A stretch of 36,634 nucleotides of DNA from an uncultured archaeon. GTDB lineage: Archaea; Thermoplasmatota; Penumbrarchaeia; JASLWR01. Both the position numbers and the translations under genes were made by a program. The notes under the pieces are model-generated. The model searched no databases. It saw nothing but the letters and a program-made list of their open reading frames with translations, and had not been told where the DNA came from. This document shows, one piece after another, positions 8,529 through 18,483 of this stretch. The DNA lies in contig CAYFHS010000042.1 in assembly GCA_964342815.1 (NCBI GenBank), positions 1-36,634 of the forward strand, read 5' to 3'. The first letter of the stretch is position 1, and each line of letters begins with the position of its first letter.

Positions 8529-8844
8529 ATAGGTGGGAACTACATTATTATAATTTCGCGATAATATGACAAGACGAGTTCTACTGGCTCGTCTTGGCTT
8601 GGCTTGCCCAGTAACGTCTGGGCAAGTGCGATGTAACGAGTTACATCAACAGTGACGTGCCAGCGTGGTACGTCTCCATATGAAATCCCGAACTGTGTAA
8701 ATCTCATTTCCAGGCTTGTGAACTGTAAGAGCAGTATCCAATTTAAGTGCTTCCGTATCGTCCCGAAATTCTTCAAAATTATACAAGAAATGAAATATAT
8801 CCATTCGAAAACTATTTTTATAATGCCGTATTGTTCCCTTTTGT

Positions 8845-10569
8845 ATGATGATGAAAAGAAATAGGTCGATATCGGGTATAATCATTCTTTCCATATTATT
8901 TGTCGTGCTGGTACAAACGTCGGCCTTGGCAATCAATGTATTGAAATTGGATCGGGATTATGCAAGAACCGTAGAACGCGATAAAAGCCTGGAGTTCCGA
9001 TGGGGTATTCTTCACCCAGACACGAACATATCCTATTCCGTGACCATTGACGTCTCCTCCGATAAAGACTGGGAGGTCGAGCTTTCCCGAAATAACTTTG
9101 TATTGCACAAATCAACCGCAAGCCTTGCAAATATCACCGAAGTCACAATGACCATTTCCACATTGAACCAGATATACGGTGACACTGCCAGTTTCACCGT
9201 CAACTTTACCTTCTCGCCCCTGGATAATGAAGTCGCTCAGGAAATTAGGAAAACCGAGACCTGTACGGTTACAATCAAATCCTCCTTATCGAGCTCAGGC
9301 CTTGATCTTTTTGGATTCGAGATCGGCCTGCCGGAAGAATGGGATCTGCCTTTGGTGCGTTTTGGGATCTCTCTTGTATGCTATATCATTGTCGGTATGC
9401 TCCTCTACTTCATATTGATCCCTCTGATACGGAATCTCACAAAGAGAACAAAGACAGATATTGACGATCAGGTTATGGATGTCATAAGAAGTCCTTTAAT
9501 GATCATTATATTTTCCTATGCAGTAATTGCCTCGCTTTCGAGACTTGAACTTCCAGAGCAGTTTCTATATTATATTTTGATGATCTACGAGGTAATAGTT
9601 ATTATCGTTATAGCGAGGGTGATCAGCAAGGTTTTCAAAGTGATATTCGAATCTCTGGGGGCTGTTTTCCAAAAACACTCTAAAAAAGAGATACATAAAA
9701 CCCTGATGCCCATATTCCAGAAGACGCTGAGCGTCATCATCTATTTCACTGCCATCATGATTATCTTCGACAGTGTGGGGATCGAAATAACCCCGTTCCT
9801 AGCCAGCGTGGGAGTCATTGGTCTCGCAATTGCCTTTGCAGCTCAGGAGACATTATCCAATCTCTTCAGCGGTATAATGATACTTGCGGACCGGCCGTAT
9901 AAAGTGGGGGATATACTGCAGTTCGATGAAGGTTACTACGAGGTGGAAAGGATCGGGTTCCGGTCAACTAACGTAAGAAACATCTTCAGGAATTACAGGG
10001 TGAACTACCCTAACCGCGTTCTTGAGAAGAACAAGATCATCAACGAGTTCGAACCCGATCGGCGGTATTTCCTTTTCAGATTCATGACCCTGGATTACGA
10101 GACGGACGTCTTCAAAGCCCTGGACATAATAAGACAGACCGCCTATGACCACGTAAGCGTCATCAAGAATGACAAACGCCATTCGGACCCCTCGGCAAGA
10201 ATAAAGGAATTCACGGATCTGGGGGTTCGAGTTTATCTCTGGTGCTACATATACGATTGGTGGGACCAGTGGTTGGCCAATGACGAGATATTACAGGAAA
10301 TAATTAGGCGATTCAAGAAGGAGGGTATCAAACTAGCCTATCCCTCAAGGATACTTCAATTCGACAACCGTTCCCCACTCCGGGTTTCCGAAAAGAATTT
10401 TGAGGGTGTACGAGGGATGAACTTCGAAGGAATAGACATCGGTTCTCAGGAAGTGGCTGCTATATCAAAAGGCAAAATGGGTATGACCGGAATGAAAGAA
10501 ACAATAGAGAGAGACCAGGCCAAATTGAGAAAAATGGAGAGACTTGGGAAAAAGAAATCCAACAAGTAG
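8845..10569 (+). CDS. mscS: Small-conductance mechanosensitive channel with an extra N-terminal extracellular domain
   Basis: ASVGVIGLAIAFAAQETLSNLFSGIMILADRPYKVGD, VERIGFRST, FKKEGIKLAYP. A signal peptide and ~140-aa beta-rich domain precede the TM region. Confidence 0.9.
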   Translation: MMMKRNRSISGIIILSILFVVLVQTSALAINVLKLDRDYARTVERDKSLEFRWGILHPDTNISYSVTIDVSSDKDWEVELSRNNFVLHKSTASLANITEVTMTISTLNQIYGDTASFTVNFTFSPLDNEVAQEIRKTETCTVTIKSSLSSSGLDLFGFEIGLPEEWDLPLVRFGISLVCYIIVGMLLYFILIPLIRNLTKRTKTDIDDQVMDVIRSPLMIIIFSYAVIASLSRLELPEQFLYYILMIYEVIVIIVIARVISKVFKVIFESLGAVFQKHSKKEIHKTLMPIFQKTLSVIIYFTAIMIIFDSVGIEITPFLASVGVIGLAIAFAAQETLSNLFSGIMILADRPYKVGDILQFDEGYYEVERIGFRSTNVRNIFRNYRVNYPNRVLEKNKIINEFEPDRRYFLFRFMTLDYETDVFKALDIIRQTAYDHVSVIKNDKRHSDPSARIKEFTDLGVRVYLWCYIYDWWDQWLANDEILQEIIRRFKKEGIKLAYPSRILQFDNRSPLRVSEKNFEGVRGMNFEGIDIGSQEVAAISKGKMGMTGMKETIERDQAKLRKMERLGKKKSNK

Positions 10570-10711
10570 TGATTTTATACATTATAGTAAAGAAAGTTAT
10601 CCCCCGTATGGAAGTTTTGGGACAATTAACTTTATATCACTAAATAATTATACTTTCCTATTCGATGGAGCGAGGTAAGAATTTGTAAACTTAAACGGCA
10701 GGGGGAAGAAG

Positions 10712-13700
10712 ATGGAAGATTACAAAGCTGAGAAACCCGGCATCTCCAGAGACCGTGCCGGTTACGGAATAACAGGATTCTTCGTAATTCTGGGAATTTG
10801 CGCAGCGGTTCTTGCGATAATAGTCCTATTTTCAGGTAATGCGAATGCGGAACTGAATGTCACGGTGGGCGATAAGGCACCATCCTTTATAGGACCATCG
10901 AGTGAAGCGGTCTGTATGCTGAATATAACCATGAACAATAACAGCATGGGAATCAACAACAGTGTCGATTCTATAAAGATCACAATCCATAATGATACAG
11001 GTTTCGGCAATATCACAAAATTAGCCGCATTAAGCGGAACTGAAGGTTCAGGTGTTTCAATCTACAAAGAGAGCGGTCAAACCCCGGAGTTCCAGCTGGG
11101 TGAAGACACCTTGGTGGGTATCCCTGGACAATGGAACGGCACTGGGCCCTTCTGGGATGTGCTGATTACCTTTTCGTCGACCATTACCGTACCAAATTCT
11201 TCTTTTGATCCGCTTTTGTACGTCATTATTAGAAGTTCCGACGAGATATCCGATCTTGATATGTTCAACGTTTCCATAAACGCTTCGGGTGTCAATTCCA
11301 CCTTCGGAGTAGCTCCCCTAGTAACTGCAGCTTCTAGCCCCATCACTGCAGATACCCTGCCGCCTGCCTTCACAGGGAAGGTGGTGGATGATGCTCTTCT
11401 CCCGTATGTGTATTACGATCCATCGACAGACATTATTTACTATGGTGACGACATGACGAGCAGCCAGGCATTGGTGGTTAGATTGACAGGGGTGTCGGAT
11501 GTGCTCTCAGGAGTGGCCAACACCACTTTTCCGGGACTTTTGGGCAATAATGGTACCGTTGTGACCACGGCTCCCTTCAGCTATCGTTACGACATCGAGG
11601 CAAACGATACGAGCTCAGGGCTGTATTACATAAAAGTTTACGATAATGTAGGCAATTATCTCGAGGTGAATCTCTCAATCCAGAGGGACATCACAGCTCC
11701 TGCCATAACCGGTGTGGATGTTATCGAGCTTTCCGATTACCTCTATTTCGACGTAGGTTCACGGATTCTTTATTACGGGAACGAGATGGGACAGTCCCAG
11801 GATTTCTACGTCTACATGATAGCGCCCAACGACGATGAGAGCGGTCTTTGGGGGATGAGACATCCTGTTAATCTGGGGACCGGCCAGGATGTAAAAACCG
11901 ATCTACCCTACAATATAACCTTCACGGTCTATTCAAGCGACAGCTCCGAGGAGCCGCTGAACTTTTCAATCCATGATAAGGTCAACAATTCGTATCAGTG
12001 GAGCATGGAAATATTAAGGGATGTAACCCCGCCCACGGCAGTTCTTCTCATCAACGAAACCAGCTCCTATCTACATACCTCACAGAATACTCTCTATTAC
12101 GGGGGAAACATGGATGCACTTGAACCCTTTTTCCTTGAAGTATCCGGGGTCGACGATGATCTTGCGGGATTTTCGAATGCGGAATTCCCAGGAATTTTCG
12201 ACCGGCCATCTGAATTCTTGGGTTCCCAAGACGTACCATACGAATACAAGGTCAATCGATCCAATAGAATTTCCGGAGGATATGAAATCGTGGTTAGGGA
12301 CAGGGTGTTCAATTCACTTTCTCTTTCACTCTATCTGGTGAGGGATATCATAATTCCTTCCGGCTTTTTCGACATATCCGAAGACAGTAATTACATTCAT
12401 TTCAATTCGGAATCTAAGCTGTTGTACTACGGAGATAAGATGAGCAGTACGCAGCTTTTCGAGATAAATATAAAAATCGGGGAAGACGCTGATTCCGGTT
12501 TCGGTGGAGTGATATTCCCCGATTTCGCCGGTCAAAACACCACAATAACGACTTCACCACATTCTTTCGCCTATGAAATAAAAGCAGATACTGAATATCA
12601 TGGAATTCTTAGGATCTCTCTCTTCGATAATGTGGGTAATATTCTCAATTTCGAGATAGAATTAATTCAGGATAACAAAGTACCCGTGGCCGGTTCCATA
12701 AACATAGGAAAGGATTCTGAGAATTTGTATTATTCTTCAGAGAATTCCATACTGTATTACTCGCCGCTGCCGGGAGTACCGGCCAAGTTCCTTGTGGAAT
12801 TGATCAATTTCGACGACCTGGATTCCGGGATATCACATGCGCGCTTCCCAATGCTCGTTAATAACACGGGAGTCAATATGACGGGATATCTGAGAAATGA
12901 TTATACCCTGTCAGGAGAATTGCTTGGTGATCGTGACCTTACAATGACAGTATTCGATCTATGCGGTAATAGTGCTTCCGTAGTTGTACATTTAGTTGCG
13001 GATTCAAATCCCCCGTCGTATAAAGAATTCACGCTGGAAGAAGATGCCGGTGGCCTCTATTTCAATAAAAGTACCAGATATCTGTACATATCCGTGTTGG
13101 AAAGCGATGACATGTTCACAGTCATAGTATCCAATATCACCGACGAGCTATCAGGTGTGAAGTACGTACTCATACCACCCATCGAGGGGATCACTGGCGG
13201 CCGAAAGATCCTCGAGAATGACAATTTTACCGAAGAGTTTCACCTGCCGTATAATGAGATGCTCGAAGGGACCTATACATTCAAGATCCTCGATAATGTA
13301 AATAATGTTCTTACCATCGATCTCGTCTTGGTATTAAAAGATAATTTGATAGCTCCATCCGTGGAAAGCGTAATGGAAGAGAATGGGACTATTATAGATG
13401 AAAATGGGAATGTTTCTTTCAGTCTCTCAGGGGTCGATTCACCATTTGAGCTGGAACTCTACTACAAGATCAAGGGGGGGGCGTGGACCAGATTGGGTAA
13501 ATGTCGGGCAGGAGAAATAAAAAACTTTTCTATAAAGATGTTCACCTCCCTGGAACTTGCTCAACCCGGCTTCTCAAGCTCCATCGAGTTCAAGGTAAGC
13601 GATCCTCTGTCGAACACAGCAACCACCCGAACCATCGTGGTGCAGGTACCAGATATCGAAGAAGAAACTGAGGAGGAAGAACCTATTCTGGGAAGTTTCG

Positions 13701-14185
13701 TCATACTGGTGGCGTTTCTGATTTTGATAATAATACTGTTCGGCTCACTCTTCCTGTGGATATTACCCCATAAGGGGGATCCTCCAAAAGCGAAGGAAAT
13801 GATGTATTCTGAAAAAGACATGGAGGCTCCTGAAGTGAAATCGATAAGTCCAGAAGTTCTATCGTTGGAACTTGAAACAAAAGAGGAAACCGAGGACGAG
13901 GAAACGGAAGAGGATGAGGAATATGAATGTCCGGACTGCGGAGCGTCGCTGCGTGAGGAAGATAATGAATGTCCCTCTTGCGGTGCTGAGTTCGAAGAGG
14001 AGGAGGAAGAGGATTTCGAACTTGACATGGATGAGGGGGAGGGAGACAGTGAGGACGAAGAATCCTGGGATAGTGATGATTTCGAGGATGAGGCGGATGA
14101 AGACTTCGAAGATGATGATGACTTTGAACTGGATATGGACGAGGACGAGGACGAGGATTACATATACGAGGATGATGACGAATAG
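10712..14185 (+). CDS. Large single-pass surface protein: six ~110-aa Ig-like repeats, TM helix, cytoplasmic zinc ribbon and acidic tail
   Basis: Signal peptide ending GNANA. Repeats carry LYYG..M, DxxSG, DxxGN and DxxPP. TM FVILVAFLILIIILFGSLFLWIL, then CPDCG...CPSCG and a D/E-rich C-terminus. Confidence 0.85.
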   Translation: MEDYKAEKPGISRDRAGYGITGFFVILGICAAVLAIIVLFSGNANAELNVTVGDKAPSFIGPSSEAVCMLNITMNNNSMGINNSVDSIKITIHNDTGFGNITKLAALSGTEGSGVSIYKESGQTPEFQLGEDTLVGIPGQWNGTGPFWDVLITFSSTITVPNSSFDPLLYVIIRSSDEISDLDMFNVSINASGVNSTFGVAPLVTAASSPITADTLPPAFTGKVVDDALLPYVYYDPSTDIIYYGDDMTSSQALVVRLTGVSDVLSGVANTTFPGLLGNNGTVVTTAPFSYRYDIEANDTSSGLYYIKVYDNVGNYLEVNLSIQRDITAPAITGVDVIELSDYLYFDVGSRILYYGNEMGQSQDFYVYMIAPNDDESGLWGMRHPVNLGTGQDVKTDLPYNITFTVYSSDSSEEPLNFSIHDKVNNSYQWSMEILRDVTPPTAVLLINETSSYLHTSQNTLYYGGNMDALEPFFLEVSGVDDDLAGFSNAEFPGIFDRPSEFLGSQDVPYEYKVNRSNRISGGYEIVVRDRVFNSLSLSLYLVRDIIIPSGFFDISEDSNYIHFNSESKLLYYGDKMSSTQLFEINIKIGEDADSGFGGVIFPDFAGQNTTITTSPHSFAYEIKADTEYHGILRISLFDNVGNILNFEIELIQDNKVPVAGSINIGKDSENLYYSSENSILYYSPLPGVPAKFLVELINFDDLDSGISHARFPMLVNNTGVNMTGYLRNDYTLSGELLGDRDLTMTVFDLCGNSASVVVHLVADSNPPSYKEFTLEEDAGGLYFNKSTRYLYISVLESDDMFTVIVSNITDELSGVKYVLIPPIEGITGGRKILENDNFTEEFHLPYNEMLEGTYTFKILDNVNNVLTIDLVLVLKDNLIAPSVESVMEENGTIIDENGNVSFSLSGVDSPFELELYYKIKGGAWTRLGKCRAGEIKNFSIKMFTSLELAQPGFSSSIEFKVSDPLSNTATTRTIVVQVPDIEEETEEEEPILGSFVILVAFLILIIILFGSLFLWILPHKGDPPKAKEMMYSEKDMEAPEVKSISPEVLSLELETKEETEDEETEEDEEYECPDCGASLREEDNECPSCGAEFEEEEEEDFELDMDEGEGDSEDEESWDSDDFEDEADEDFEDDDDFELDMDEDEDEDYIYEDDDE

Positions 14186-14259
14186 TTTTCAGCAGCCTCA
14201 ACCGAGCATCAACTTCTAAATAAAATTCACACTGTGGCGGAAATCCATATTTTGGATGC

Positions 14260-14460
14260 TCATAGCCGGCTGTTGTATACACGGACAAATTTCTCAATGG
14301 AGCGGTCCCAGGTTTTCTCGACACTGTCCGGAAAAAGACAGGCGGGCAGCTCATTCATGGACCGGTGGTATACGAGACATTCGCAGCATATACCGTGCCG
14401 GGGACACCCCGGGTAGCTACAGTTACAGTTTTTTGTATTCGTTTTCTTTTTGCATTCCAT
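14260..14460 (-). CDS. Small cysteine-rich protein (DUF6485-like)
   Basis: CNCSYPGCPRHGICCECLVYHR...LPACLFP. Start moved from 14535 to ATG 14460, which has an AGGAG RBS at suitable spacing. Confidence 0.7.
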   Translation of the reverse strand: MECKKKTNTKNCNCSYPGCPRHGICCECLVYHRSMNELPACLFPDSVEKTWDRSIEKFVRVYNSRL

Positions 14461-14509
14461 GGACATAGCTCCTGTTCTTTTATTTGCAGTAAATAATGTC
14501 TTGATCACA

Positions 14510-14953
14510 CTAGGCCTTCTCACGGTCTTTCTCATCCCTCCCAGGGACTGTTGCGGAATCCAATTTCTCTCCTATCAACTTTCGCAATATAAGCCTGATA
14601 CTTATGGTGCTGCGAATTTCTTCATCGCGGGTTTCAAGAGATTTGAAGATATCCTGGACAGGCGTTCGGTTCAGCCGTTTTATACTTTGATACAGAAATC
14701 GACCCCCGTTCCGAAGGTCTTTCCATGCCATCCGGTCCTTTTTCATCCGAGCCCTGGCGTGAACAAACTCTTCCGATTCGAACGTAACGGCGGAAACGTC
14801 TCGACCCGCCCTCTCCATCTCCGAGGTCAGAGAAGAAAATATCAGATAATCCCTGCACTGATCCACGGTCACTTCCAAAGGCGCCATGATGGCGACGAGA
14901 CCCCGTAATTCTTCATCGTTCAACTCAGTTTTTTTGGGTTCTTGAACTACCAA
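14510..14953 (-). CDS. Hypothetical helical protein downstream of dph5
   Basis: In-frame TTG at 14953 lies 5 nt after a GAGGTGA RBS and avoids overlap with dph5. No family recognised. Confidence 0.6.
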   Translation of the reverse strand: MVVQEPKKTELNDEELRGLVAIMAPLEVTVDQCRDYLIFSSLTSEMERAGRDVSAVTFESEEFVHARARMKKDRMAWKDLRNGGRFLYQSIKRLNRTPVQDIFKSLETRDEEIRSTISIRLILRKLIGEKLDSATVPGRDEKDREKA

Positions 14954-14969
14954 CCGTCTCACCTCTTTT

Positions 14970-15842
14970 TCACGTACAATCCAGAATTTCTTTGGGGGCT
15001 CCTGCAAGCTTTACAAGAGCGCGAGTTTCTATAAAATGAAGTTTTCCAGGTATAACAATGGAATGCAGGGGCGGGCCCATATCAACCTTTCTCATCTCCT
15101 CGAGATATCCTGATCTTACACGGACATCCTTCCCCCCGGCCCGGGAAACAGCACATACGAGGGTCTCCGGAGTGAGTATATTTTTCCCTTCCATCCTCTC
15201 CATTTCCCAAATTACCTCAAATCCGGTACGGGAATCCATTAAGAGGAATTTAATACCTTGGTGATCCATTTCCGTACTTGGGAAACCTGAAAGCAACTCC
15301 TCGTCCTGTGCCGAAGTACCTGTTACAATATCCAAGAGTACCAGAGTGTGCAATCCCAATTCCAGATTTCTTCTTATGGCTTCGTAAGGGCTCGTTGGAA
15401 AAAAATTCTTTCGTGGAAATACTAGTGTGGTCACCCTTCCGAACTTGTAATGGGAAAGACCCAGTTCCGAGGGTACAGCCGTCAATACCGATGGGGCATG
15501 GTATATCCTGGTAGGAATACCGAGTTCCAATGCCCTGAGTCTCAATTCCACGTGCGTGGTGGCGCTCATGGAATCACCGGCGGTGAGGAAAACCACGGCG
15601 TTTCGGGAAGCTGCCTCCAGTATCCCGGAACCGGATTCCACCTGTTCCCGGCTCAACAATTCAATATTATTCCCAAGCTTGTGCTGAAGATCCGAAATGG
15701 CAACCCCTCCCGGCAGAGAAGTGTAAAATTCTGCGAAAACTTTACTGGCCCCCCTGATCACGGAACTAAGCTCTGCACCAATTCCCTCCGTACCCCAAAG
15801 TCCAAGCCCCACGAAATCGAGTCGTCCCCTGCCGTCTATCAT
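14970..15842 (-). CDS. dph5: Diphthine synthase (diphthamide biosynthesis methyltransferase)
   Basis: FVGLGL, FLTAGDSMSATTH, GLSHYKFGRVTTL, GLHTLVLLDI, DMGPPLHSIVIPGKLHFIE. Confidence 0.93.
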   Translation of the reverse strand: MIDGRGRLDFVGLGLWGTEGIGAELSSVIRGASKVFAEFYTSLPGGVAISDLQHKLGNNIELLSREQVESGSGILEAASRNAVVFLTAGDSMSATTHVELRLRALELGIPTRIYHAPSVLTAVPSELGLSHYKFGRVTTLVFPRKNFFPTSPYEAIRRNLELGLHTLVLLDIVTGTSAQDEELLSGFPSTEMDHQGIKFLLMDSRTGFEVIWEMERMEGKNILTPETLVCAVSRAGGKDVRVRSGYLEEMRKVDMGPPLHSIVIPGKLHFIETRALVKLAGAPKEILDCT

Positions 15843-16017
15843 CTGTTTTGCAGCTCCCGGTAATGTCTTGGTGAAAATCCCGAAAACAACAGATACGAGA
15901 TATAAATACTTATCATCGGAATGTTCACGGAAACTCCGTCATCTTTATATTCATAGGCTGAATTTGACATTGTTGTTATTTGAAGGGATCAATCCATCTC
16001 CCGGACAGGTGAATACA

Positions 16018-17868
16018 ATGGAGCTGAAACGCATACGTGTGGAGAATTATAAAAGCATCAGGAGCGCGGACATTCCCCTGGATGAGAACATTATCGTTCT
16101 TGCAGGGGCGAATAATGCAGGAAAAGGCAATGTCATGGGCAGCATCTCCTTTCTTGTCAGCGTTATCAAAGGGGATTTATCAGAAGGATATGACGAAGCG
16201 TACGCCAGGTGTATTACCGGCAAGGACAAAGGGAAGGATATGAATTTCGAACTGTATTTTACCTTCGGGAAGGAAGAGATGGAAGGTTTCGTCATGGGAC
16301 TGGATATCAAGGACGTGAAGAAGAACGAGATCAGACGAGGCATCGGGTATGATGTCAGATACCGTTTACGTCTGGACAGGCAGGGAATATCGGAGGAGAC
16401 CATCGTCCTCTATATGAGAGATATGGAGCTTGCATATGCCAAAGGCAACCGCAAGGAAGGTATATACGTCTTCGAGATCATGTCCGCCGGTACCCTTGTT
16501 CCAAAGTTCCCCAACAAACCGGATTATCAAATGAAGAGGGTGGGGGGTGGTTTCCCCCCATCATCCATATTGTACAAGGCAGCCAATATGCCTTTCGAGA
16601 TGAAAGAGTGCTTCTTGCTCAATATGATCTACCAGTACCTGCACGGAATCCATCACATGCCTCCCATAAGAGAATATAAAAAAATTGTGCGGCTAAAGGG
16701 ATGCCTCGAGCTGAAAGGCGACGGCAGCAATCTGCCTGAGGTGCTCCACAGCCTCCTTACCGCGGATAAAGATCGCTTTGGTGAGATTGTGGAAATCACC
16801 CGGATGGTCTTAGAGGAGATTGCGGATATCGACATTCCCCTGATCGATGGAACCGGTGATACGCATGTGGCAGTGAAGGAATCCGCTGCCGTGGAAGCTT
16901 CGTACTGCTGGAGTGAACTTTCTTCCGGTATAAAGGAGTTGATCTTTCTCGCGGCTTTGATATGTCTCAGAGGCAACAGCAGACTTTTGATGATGGCCGA
17001 ACCGGAGGCGCATCTTCACCATGGTGCTCTGCGAAGATTCATGGATATTGTAAAAGAGAGGTCCAGCGCCAGCGGTACCAAGATGATGATTGCGACCCAC
17101 TCCCCGGTGGTAATAGATCATTTCGAGATGAAGAACATCTATTATCTTGTGAAAAACAAGGGAGGGTCTCGGCTGATGTCAATGAAGAGGAACTCCAGCA
17201 TGGAAGACTTGATGGGAGAGGCCGGGATGACGAAGGGGGAGTTCTTTGCCCTTTGTCCCAGAAAGTACCTGCTGATATTCGAGAACAGGAGCGACGGAAA
17301 CATATTTCGTCAATTTTTGATAAGAAAAGGCGTTCGTCCATTGAAGGAACGGATCGGAATAATCGTCCCATCACGGAAACGATCACATGCCATGGGTGCG
17401 GACAGGGCTTTGAGTGAAAACTGGGGTATGGAGCAGGCAATGAAGTTCGCAAGATTGATAAAACAAACGGGAGTACAGATGCCGTTCAAGCTGATCTTCG
17501 GCTCGGACACCCTGGGTGAAGTGAAGAAAAAACGAATCGACCAGGAAGATTTTCAGCCGGACGAATATGTGTTTCTCAAGAAAAAGGCAATGAAGGATTA
17601 TCTTATTGACACAAGGGCTCTCGCCAAGACTGCGCACAAGGACATATTCGAGATAGAACGCATGATCGGCGGATCGAAGGGGAGCACGGAGGAAAAGCTG
17701 GCCCATATCCTGGGCGACGCTTACCTGGAAGCATCGGAGGCAACCAATGCTCTTATCGTTGGATTTCTGAAAAACACACCGGAGGATATTGGGGCGATCA
17801 TAGACGGGATTGTTCCAAAGCGCAGTAAAACCATTTCGGAGGAACCAAATCCATTCGTAATTGTCTGA
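16018..17868 (+). CDS. OLD-family-like ABC/AAA ATPase-TOPRIM protein with degenerate catalytic motifs
   Basis: Start reassigned to ATG 16018 (AGGTGA RBS; MELKRIRVENYKSI). Walker A GANNAGKG, signature LSSG, Walker B MMAEPEAHLH, H-loop IATHSP, TOPRIM-like LLIFENRSD. Confidence 0.8.
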   Translation: MELKRIRVENYKSIRSADIPLDENIIVLAGANNAGKGNVMGSISFLVSVIKGDLSEGYDEAYARCITGKDKGKDMNFELYFTFGKEEMEGFVMGLDIKDVKKNEIRRGIGYDVRYRLRLDRQGISEETIVLYMRDMELAYAKGNRKEGIYVFEIMSAGTLVPKFPNKPDYQMKRVGGGFPPSSILYKAANMPFEMKECFLLNMIYQYLHGIHHMPPIREYKKIVRLKGCLELKGDGSNLPEVLHSLLTADKDRFGEIVEITRMVLEEIADIDIPLIDGTGDTHVAVKESAAVEASYCWSELSSGIKELIFLAALICLRGNSRLLMMAEPEAHLHHGALRRFMDIVKERSSASGTKMMIATHSPVVIDHFEMKNIYYLVKNKGGSRLMSMKRNSSMEDLMGEAGMTKGEFFALCPRKYLLIFENRSDGNIFRQFLIRKGVRPLKERIGIIVPSRKRSHAMGADRALSENWGMEQAMKFARLIKQTGVQMPFKLIFGSDTLGEVKKKRIDQEDFQPDEYVFLKKKAMKDYLIDTRALAKTAHKDIFEIERMIGGSKGSTEEKLAHILGDAYLEASEATNALIVGFLKNTPEDIGAIIDGIVPKRSKTISEEPNPFVIV

Positions 17869-17919
17869 GGAAGACGGGGGAAGTTTTGAGGTCTAAAAGC
17901 GTGTTTATTCGTAATAATG

Positions 17920-17972
17920 TCGCATAACTCCCTGATTCACAAACAATAAGTTCGGATAAGGGAGTTATGCGA
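17920..17972. repeat. 14-bp perfect inverted repeat
   Basis: TCGCATAACTCCCT (17920-17933) and AGGGAGTTATGCGA (17959-17972) with a 25-nt spacer. Confidence 0.85.
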
Positions 17973-18175
17973 AATTTCGTCAGCCTCTCATGAATTATAA
18001 CTTACAGTATGTTTTAAGAGCAATCAAACGTTGAAGAAATTACTTACTCTGAATGTCTTTCCCCCTACCAATCGATTTTTTAAGAGCGCAATTCTGACAC
18101 GATCGTATAATGTAGTCGTAAGATTTATTACTAACTTGATATATATACTTATACAACACAATGAGGAGATTTCCA

Positions 18176-18460
18176 ATGACACCTGAGGCAGCGAAAGCAA
18201 CTGAGATACTTCATTACCCTCAACTTGATACGGTTTTAATGGTTGAGGAGTTCATCAAGGAACATAGTGGTGATTTTAAGAAACGTTCACTATGGGAGCA
18301 CCTACCCAAGAAAATGATGTACCAGACTTTCATGGTCATATATGACTATCTTTTGGATTCGGGGAAGATCGCACGGGATTCAGAACACAAGATTTGTTGG
18401 ATATGGAATCCAGAACTTGTTGCGAAATACTTGCAGAATGAAGCATTAGCCATCCGTTAA
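18176..18460 (+). CDS. Small winged-helix-like protein, putative antitoxin
   Basis: GAGGAG RBS before ATG 18176 and a TATA-rich stretch at 18124-18147. It lies directly upstream of a RelE-like ORF. Sequence YPQLDTVLMVE...LWEHLPKKMMYQTF. Confidence 0.65.
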   Translation: MTPEAAKATEILHYPQLDTVLMVEEFIKEHSGDFKKRSLWEHLPKKMMYQTFMVIYDYLLDSGKIARDSEHKICWIWNPELVAKYLQNEALAIR

Positions 18461-18483
18461 ATTCCATATTCATGGTGTTTCCG

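Noticed and set aside
14510-15007. DUF357 protein, often found next to dph5
   Set aside because: The sequence lacks recognisable DUF357 features, so it is left as hypothetical.
15868-16017. 50-aa N-terminal extension of the OLD-like ORF
   Set aside because: It covers the divergent promoter region. The strong AGGTGA RBS and family-typical start (MELKRIRVENYKSI) are at 16018.
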